From positions 1 through 20,834 of the forward strand of contig CAYZSD010000052.1 of the NCBI GenBank assembly GCA_964481075.1: DNA of 20,834 bases, written 5' to 3'. Positions 15,435-20,834 of the stretch are shown in pieces. This DNA is from an uncultured Rikenellaceae bacterium (GTDB taxonomy: Bacteria; Bacteroidota; Bacteroidia; Bacteroidales; Tenuifilaceae). A program made the position numbers and the translations under genes. Each line of letters opens with the position of its first letter. Positions within the stretch are counted from its first letter, which is position 1. Under the pieces are notes generated by a model. The model was given only the letters and a program-made list of their open reading frames with translations. It searched no databases and was not told where the DNA came from.

Positions 15435-17285
15435 ATGAAAACAATTATCCTTTCTCTATTCTTTTCAACCATATTACTTATGACCAACTCATTAGCCCAA
15501 ACCCTTAACCGCATTGAGCCACCCAACTGGTGGGTTGGGATGAAGAATTCTAATCTGCAAATTCTTGTGCATGGGGAAGGTATTTCGAAGGCAAAACTTG
15601 ACATTGATTACCCAGGAGTAAAGTTAGTTAGCACCGATAGGGTTGATAATATCAACTATTTGTTTATTAATCTGATAATTGAGAAGGAAGCAGTTGCTGG
15701 AACTATCAAGATACACTTTCGATTTCAGGATGGAAAAAGCCTTAGCTATGATTACAAGCTGCTTGAACGGAGAGAGGGATCGTCACAACGAATGGGTTTC
15801 ACCTCTTCCGATGTGGTTTACCTCCTTTTCCCCGATCGCTTCGCCAACGGCGACCCAAGTAACGATAGCTACGAAGGGATGGAGGATAAGTTTGACAGGG
15901 ACGACCTGTACGCTCGTCACGGCGGTGATTTGCAGGGGGTAATTAATCATCTTGATTATATCAAGGAGCTGGGGATGACCGCAATATGGCTGAATCCCCT
16001 ACTGGAAAGCAAACAACCCTGGCAGTCGTACCACCACTATGCAATTACAGACTTTTACAACGTTGATAGGCGTTTTGGGAGTAATGACCTTTACAAGCAG
16101 ATGGTTAAGGAAGCGCAAGGAATGGGAATAAAGATAATCAAGGATATGATTTTTAACCATTGTGGGAATAAACACTGGTGGATTGATGATTTACCTTCGG
16201 CAGATTGGCTTAATCAATGGGAAGAATTCACCCGAACAAACTACCGTATCCCTGCTATTTTCGATCCACACGCATCGGAAGCCGATAAGAAGTTGATGAG
16301 CGATGGGTGGTTCGATACTCACATGCCCGATCTGAACCAAAGAAATCCCTTTCTTGCTAAATATTTCATACAGAATAGTATATGGTGGATAGAGTATGCA
16401 AACCTCGATGGCATTAGGATGGATACGCATCCCTATCCCGATAAGGATTTCATGGCGAAATGGACACGTGCCGTGATGGAAGAGTACCCAAACTTCAATA
16501 TCGTTGCCGAAACATGGATTAACTACCCTGCCTGGGTTGCCTACTGGCAAACGGGTTCGCTTAACCGCGATGGGTTCGACTCTGGCATACCAACCGTCAT
16601 GGATTTTCCCCTTTGTTATGCTATCAACAATGCCTTCGATGAGAAGGAGGGATGGGACACTGGTCTTCACCGTCTGTATGAGATTCTTGCCCATGACTTT
16701 CTTTATGCCGACCTAAATAACATCATGATTTTCCCCGATAATCACGACCTATCCCGTTTTATGAAGGATAAGGAGATGGCTATCGGTCGGTATAAGCTGG
16801 GAATTGCATTTTTGCTAACTACACGAGGGATTCCACAGTTATACTATGGTACAGAGATACTCATGGATGGTGATGATGCCCAAGGGCATGGCGTTCTTCG
16901 CAAGGAGTTCCCCGGCGGTTGGTCCGACCATAAACGTTCAGCTTTCACAGCCGAAGGCAGAACCAAGAAGGAGAATGAGGCATGGGACTATATGAGCAGG
17001 CTTCTCAACTGGCGCAAAACAGCCTCTGCTGTCCACAATGGCAGATTGATTCAGTTTTTACCTCAAAATGAGGTGTATGTCTATTTCCGTCAGAATGAGG
17101 CACAAACCATCATGGTAATCTTACATAATGGCTACCAACCAAAGGTTCTAAAACTTGATAGGTTCAACGAGATTTTGGGTAACTTCAAGAGTGGAACAGA
17201 TATCATAACTGGTAAGAAATTGGAAGGTATGGAGAAGGTTCAACTTTCGCCCCGCTCTGCTATGGTGATTGAGCTGGAGAGGTAA
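15435..17285 (+). CDS. GH13 alpha-amylase-family enzyme, SusA/cyclomaltodextrinase/neopullulanase-like, secreted (SPI signal, probably periplasmic)
   Basis: The signal peptide ends at SLAQ. An N-terminal Cyc-maltodext_N-like segment (IEPPNWWVGMKNSNLQILVHGEGI) is present. The GH13 conserved regions are DMIFNHCG, DGIRMDTHPY (Asp330), NIVAETW (Glu359) and FPDNHDLSRF (Asp438). Confidence 0.88.
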   Translation: MKTIILSLFFSTILLMTNSLAQTLNRIEPPNWWVGMKNSNLQILVHGEGISKAKLDIDYPGVKLVSTDRVDNINYLFINLIIEKEAVAGTIKIHFRFQDGKSLSYDYKLLERREGSSQRMGFTSSDVVYLLFPDRFANGDPSNDSYEGMEDKFDRDDLYARHGGDLQGVINHLDYIKELGMTAIWLNPLLESKQPWQSYHHYAITDFYNVDRRFGSNDLYKQMVKEAQGMGIKIIKDMIFNHCGNKHWWIDDLPSADWLNQWEEFTRTNYRIPAIFDPHASEADKKLMSDGWFDTHMPDLNQRNPFLAKYFIQNSIWWIEYANLDGIRMDTHPYPDKDFMAKWTRAVMEEYPNFNIVAETWINYPAWVAYWQTGSLNRDGFDSGIPTVMDFPLCYAINNAFDEKEGWDTGLHRLYEILAHDFLYADLNNIMIFPDNHDLSRFMKDKEMAIGRYKLGIAFLLTTRGIPQLYYGTEILMDGDDAQGHGVLRKEFPGGWSDHKRSAFTAEGRTKKENEAWDYMSRLLNWRKTASAVHNGRLIQFLPQNEVYVYFRQNEAQTIMVILHNGYQPKVLKLDRFNEILGNFKSGTDIITGKKLEGMEKVQLSPRSAMVIELER

Positions 17286-17341
17286 GGTTATAGCAACCCT
17301 TTACGATTCCTTGTCTGGCAAATTACGGGCGAACAGCTTAC

Positions 17342-17413
17342 CCCGCCTGTCCCGCCTGTCCCGATGTTTGTATCGGGGATGCTTTTTATCGGGGATGTCC
17401 TTTATCGGGGATG
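17342..17413. repeat. Two adjacent short tandem-repeat arrays: CCCG(C/A)(C/T)TGT x3 at 9-bp period (17342-17367), then TATCGGGGATG x3 at 16-bp period (17371, 17387, 17403)
   Basis: Exact repeat copies were read directly from the sequence. The region is non-coding, and the two ORF-track ORFs here are repeat artefacts. Confidence 0.85.
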
Positions 17414-17497
17414 GAATGTTAAGGAATCCACCCCAAACTTGGAACCCGATTTCTCGGGAGCCCGATGTTTTTTATCGGACATTCCAACGTTTTGGAA
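17407..17497 (+). other. Cluster of short hairpins sharing the CCCGAT / ATCGGG motif
   Basis: The hairpins are GGGG(A)TGGA/TCCACCCC (17407-17434), CCCGA-tttc-TCGGG (17445-17458), CCGAT-gtttttt-ATCGG (17462-17478) and TTCCAA-cgtt-TTGGAA (17482-17497). CCCGAT-gtttgt-ATCGGG lies further upstream at 17360-17377. Confidence 0.6.
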
Positions 17498-17570
17498 GGG
17501 AATTTTATTTAAATTTACTGCAAGAAAAAGTTATACCAAAATGATTATAATACTATCAAACTAACCAACC

Positions 17571-19934
17571 ATGAGACGTATTCTTTTAATATTCATTGCC
17601 TTCCTGCTCGCATCTTGCGGTGCAAGGGAAATCATTCCACATTATGCTAAGAAGTCCGAAATTGTTGGTTTGGCCACTGCCATCCAGCTTGCCGGGGAGC
17701 GAACGGAGGTTATCCTTGACGATTACTTTATGAACGTCAACCTCATCGATTCGATAGCTGCACCAACGATGTTCGATGTGCTGCTTTCGTCCGATAAGAA
17801 AACAGTAAAACTTGTTGCAGCCAACGAAACCATTCCACCCCTTTCGGAGCTGAAAGTATGGGTTGATAATGCCTGCTATTCCTTGCTTTTGCGCAAAAGC
17901 AGAAAGCTACCTGTCAATTTCATCTATCAGTTTAAAGACAAACAGCCCAAGAGCGTTCAGCTTGCAGGACAAATAAACGACTGGAATCCAAGCAGAACCA
18001 ACCTTGAGTTGGTTGATGGAACATGGAAGACATCCCTTTGGCTTAACCCCGGAAAGTATCAGTATCAGGTTGTTGTGGATGGAAAATGGATGCTCGACCC
18101 CGATAATCCCGTTCAAGAGGATAATAATATTGGTGGTGTAAACTCGGTTCTGAAAGTTGGCGATTCCAATCCCGAATTGCTCCCGTTTATAGCACCCGAT
18201 GAGGCTAAAGGTAGAACGATTAGGATTGGTTTCAAAAATCAGGTGGATGAGCTCATCGTTTTCTGGCAGAACTATAAGCTGGCTGAAAATTTTGTAACAA
18301 TCGATGATACAGGTGCTACTATCATTATCCCTGCAAATGCCAACGGTTTAAAACGTTCCCATATTAGGGTATGGGCGTACAATAGTGAGGGTGAATCCAA
18401 CGATCTACTTATTCCACTTGAGGGTAGGAGAGTGGTTACGTCAACAGCACAGCTAAATCGCTCCGATTCTCATACCCAGATCATGTACTCTCTGATGATT
18501 GATAGGTTCAATAATGCTAGTAAGGAAAACGATTTTCCTGTTGATGACCCTGAAATTCACCCTAAAGCCAACTACTATGGCGGCGATATTCTTGGAGTTA
18601 CCCATAAAATTAAGGATGGCTACTTCGAGTCTCTAGGAATCAATACGATATGGATTTCACCCATTACCCAAAACCCATTAGGAGCCTTTGGAATGTACCC
18701 CGAACCCCGCACAAAGTTTTCGGGGTATCATGGCTACTGGCCCATATCTTCATCGAAGGTTGATTTTCGCTTTGGAACGTCCGATGAGGTGCATGAAATG
18801 CTTGCAGAGGCTCATGAACGTGGTATAAACATCATTCTCGACTACGTGGCAAACCATGTCCATCAGGAGCACCCACTCTATCAGAAGCACCCCGACTGGG
18901 TTACGCCTCTCTACCTGCCCGATGGAACGTTGAACACTGAAAAGTGGGATGAGCATCGCCTTACCACTTGGTTTGATACCTTTATGCCAACCCTGGACCT
19001 TGAACGCCCCGAAGTGTATGAACCCATGACCGATTCTGCCCTATTTTGGGTTACTGAGTATATGTTCGATGGCTTCCGCCACGATGCCACCAAGCATATT
19101 CCCGAGGTTTTCTGGCGTACCCTAACCCGCAAGATGAAAGAGAATATCTCTCACAACAGGCGAATCTATCAGATTGGGGAGACCTATGGAAGCCACGAAT
19201 TGATTTCGAGTTACATAGGAAGTGGTATGCTCGATGCACAGTTCGATTTCAACGTTCACGATGCTGCCACAGCTACATTTGCCAAGAAGGGTGTACCATT
19301 CACAAGCCTGCATAGCAGGCTAATTGAGGGTTTTAGCTACTATGGTTGGAATAACCTCATGGGAATCATCACTGGTAATCACGATAAGGCTCGTTTTATA
19401 TCCTATGCCGGTGGCGCACTTTCTTTTGATGAGGACGCCAAGCGTGCAGGTTGGACTAGAGAAATTGGTGTGGGCGATCCCATTGGCTATAAGAAGCTGC
19501 AAATGCTTAACGCATTCATTCTGACTATTCCCGGCGTTCCAACCATCTATCAGGGTGATGAGTTTGGACAACCCGGTGGCAACGACCCTGACAACCGCAA
19601 GATGATGCAGTTTGACGACCTTGAACCGCTTGAAAAAGAAACCATTGAAGTCACCAAGAAGCTTGCCAATCTTCGTAGAAACAATATGGCACTGAACTAT
19701 GGTACCTTTGAGCCTCTGTTGGTAAAAGAAAATATCTACGTATTTGTCCGTCGATACTTCGATAACCACATTCTTGTGGTATTCAATAACTCAGAAAACG
19801 ATATTGAAATCGAAGTAAATTTACCTGATTTGTTTAATCAGAATTTAAGTAGTTCTTTCAATTCTGACTTCAAAATTCAGTCGAACACCATTAAAATTGG
19901 CTTAAAACCCTTCTCCTTTGATATATTTATTTAG
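17571..19934 (+). CDS. GH13 alpha-amylase-family lipoprotein with N-terminal CBM48/E-set (AMPK-beta-like glycogen-binding) module
   Basis: The lipobox is FLLASCGA. The CBM48-like segment is VQLAGQINDWNPSRTNLELVDGTWKTSLWLNPGKYQYQVVVDGKWMLDPDNP. The GH13 regions are DYVANHVH, DGFRHDATKH, IGETYG and ITGNHDKARF. Confidence 0.88.
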   Translation: MRRILLIFIAFLLASCGAREIIPHYAKKSEIVGLATAIQLAGERTEVILDDYFMNVNLIDSIAAPTMFDVLLSSDKKTVKLVAANETIPPLSELKVWVDNACYSLLLRKSRKLPVNFIYQFKDKQPKSVQLAGQINDWNPSRTNLELVDGTWKTSLWLNPGKYQYQVVVDGKWMLDPDNPVQEDNNIGGVNSVLKVGDSNPELLPFIAPDEAKGRTIRIGFKNQVDELIVFWQNYKLAENFVTIDDTGATIIIPANANGLKRSHIRVWAYNSEGESNDLLIPLEGRRVVTSTAQLNRSDSHTQIMYSLMIDRFNNASKENDFPVDDPEIHPKANYYGGDILGVTHKIKDGYFESLGINTIWISPITQNPLGAFGMYPEPRTKFSGYHGYWPISSSKVDFRFGTSDEVHEMLAEAHERGINIILDYVANHVHQEHPLYQKHPDWVTPLYLPDGTLNTEKWDEHRLTTWFDTFMPTLDLERPEVYEPMTDSALFWVTEYMFDGFRHDATKHIPEVFWRTLTRKMKENISHNRRIYQIGETYGSHELISSYIGSGMLDAQFDFNVHDAATATFAKKGVPFTSLHSRLIEGFSYYGWNNLMGIITGNHDKARFISYAGGALSFDEDAKRAGWTREIGVGDPIGYKKLQMLNAFILTIPGVPTIYQGDEFGQPGGNDPDNRKMMQFDDLEPLEKETIEVTKKLANLRRNNMALNYGTFEPLLVKENIYVFVRRYFDNHILVVFNNSENDIEIEVNLPDLFNQNLSSSFNSDFKIQSNTIKIGLKPFSFDIFI

Positions 19935-20033
19935 AAGGATACTTTTCTTAGCTATTTCAGTATGCTAGTAAACAGAAAGAGGCTGTTAAAAAAGTCTTTT
20001 CTATCTGATTTTCATCACTTTGTCACCCTTAAT

Positions 20034-20068
20034 CCCTGAAGCCTGCGTACCGTAGGCAGGCTTTAGGG
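20034..20068. other. Strong GC-rich hairpin (13-bp stem, 9-nt loop) without a flanking T-tract
   Basis: CCCTGAAGCCTGC-gtaccgtag-GCAGGCTTTAGGG forms 12 Watson-Crick pairs plus one G-T. It lies in the convergent intergenic region between the GH13 gene and the MORN gene. Confidence 0.6.
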
Positions 20069-20135
20069 TAGGGGTAAACCTGATTTTCAAACTTATCCCT
20101 TCACATTAGACTTTATAGACAGACTCCTTCAACTA

Positions 20136-20834
20136 TTAGTTTAATCCTTGTAGTTGCGAGAAAGCATTGTAAAGCTTAATCTCCCATTCACCTGGCTGAT
20201 TAATGATTATTTCAAATCTAACCTTTGTTGACATACCTTTTGATGTGATGGTATAGGTTATCTTTACATTAGCAGGAAATGTAACGCCTTCATATCCATG
20301 CGCTTGACCTGTTGTAATCCAAGATCCACTGTCAAGTTGAAAAATATAATCGCTTGGGGGTGACGAAACTGAACCTTTATCGTAATATGTAATCAAAATT
20401 TTGTCTCCATCTCCTACACGCTTAATAGTGTATCGATCAAGGTTATTGATGTGCCCCCTGGTGTAGGGTGCAATTTTCTCTTCCTTAAGGTATTCATTGT
20501 TTTTCCATATACCAGTAAGTTCTAATTTTTGCCCATCTTTCCGGTAGGAAAAAGTCCCTTTCCCATGCCGCATCCCGTTTTTCCAATTACCCTCGTACTT
20601 ATCGCCATTTGCCCATTTATAGGTACCCTTACCGTGTGGAAGACCATTCTTGAAATTACCAACATATTCATCTACACCTCTAGCGGTAGCCTTTCCATTT
20701 GCAAGCCCCTTTTTACAAGGACCATAGTATTCACTGGAAATACTTTCTAGTAAAACCTTGCAATCTTGGGCTTCAGAAATTAGATGAAGTGAGGTGAATG
20801 CAAGCACAATCATAAGTTGTATTAGTTTTTTCAT
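20136..20834 (-). CDS. Secreted MORN-repeat protein
   Basis: The signal peptide is MKKLIQLMIVLAFTSLHLISEAQ. Three tandem MORN-type repeats are present (YVGNFKNGLPHGKGTY, YEGNWKNGMRHGKGTF and a degenerate first copy). The ATG sits exactly at the window edge, so a longer N-terminus cannot be formally excluded. Confidence 0.8.
   Translation of the reverse strand: MKKLIQLMIVLAFTSLHLISEAQDCKVLLESISSEYYGPCKKGLANGKATARGVDEYVGNFKNGLPHGKGTYKWANGDKYEGNWKNGMRHGKGTFSYRKDGQKLELTGIWKNNEYLKEEKIAPYTRGHINNLDRYTIKRVGDGDKILITYYDKGSVSSPPSDYIFQLDSGSWITTGQAHGYEGVTFPANVKITYTITSKGMSTKVRFEIIINQPGEWEIKLYNAFSQLQGLN

Noticed and set aside
15416-15604. 62-aa minus-strand ORF overlapping the start of the first amylase gene
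   Set aside because: It is antisense to the amylase signal-peptide region and has no motifs. It would also collide with the tight yoeB-amylase junction.
16191-16694. 167-aa minus-strand ORF antisense to the first GH13 gene (and similarly 19320-19769 antisense to the second)
   Set aside because: They are fully embedded in CDSs carrying all GH13 catalytic motifs. They have no independent motifs, start context or intergenic space. They are chance antisense ORFs.
17371-17413. Possible miniature CRISPR array (three identical 11-mers at regular spacing)
   Set aside because: The repeats are only 11 bp with 5-bp spacers and three copies. This is far below CRISPR repeat and spacer sizes, and there are no cas genes in the window.
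17269-17564. Two overlapping plus-strand ORFs (91 aa and 66 aa) covering the amylase-amylase spacer
   Set aside because: Their peptides simply echo the nucleotide repeats (LSRLSRCLYRG..., MFVSGMLFIGDVLYRG). One overlaps the upstream amylase stop, and neither has a plausible protein-like composition. I treated them as artefacts of the repeat array.
17286-17570. MITE or IS remnant explanation for the structured spacer
   Set aside because: I could not find terminal inverted repeats bounding the region, flanking target-site duplications, or any transposase fragment. This cannot be fully excluded without genome-wide copy counting.

Overview
This is a Bacteroidota-type chromosomal window dominated by a starch/maltodextrin utilization locus. 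All calls come from reading motifs in the translated ORFs and the raw sequence. No database or HMM search was run. On the minus strand lies a susC-susD-susE/F-like outer-membrane operon (1513-7530). It diverges from a LacI-family regulator (7837-8856) across an AT-rich control region that holds two perfect ACAATCGATTGT palindromes. Downstream on the plus strand come an orphan lipoprotein, an MFS sugar permease, a GH65 maltose-phosphorylase-like enzyme, class II fructose-bisphosphate aldolase, a YefM-YoeB toxin-antitoxin pair and two GH13 alpha-amylase-family enzymes. The first GH13 enzyme is SusA/cyclomaltodextrinase-like. The second is a CBM48-bearing lipoprotein. The locus is flanked by a SAM-dependent methyltransferase plus a decayed T9SS C-terminal-domain fragment on the left and a secreted MORN-repeat protein on the right. 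No tRNA, rRNA, CRISPR array or intact mobile element was seen. Five features most deserve follow-up. (1) A repeat- and hairpin-dense 285-bp spacer lies between the two amylase genes. (2) The candidate LacI operators have 12-bp phased half-sites. (3) The TA module sits directly against the first amylase gene, and its 16-bp inverted-repeat operator wraps a consensus -7 promoter box. (4) The GH65 gene has no adjacent beta-phosphoglucomutase. (5) An uncharacterised lipoprotein appears to be co-transcribed with the regulator. I did not find a clearly novel multi-gene system. The locus is a variant of known PUL architecture with some unexplained non-coding structure.
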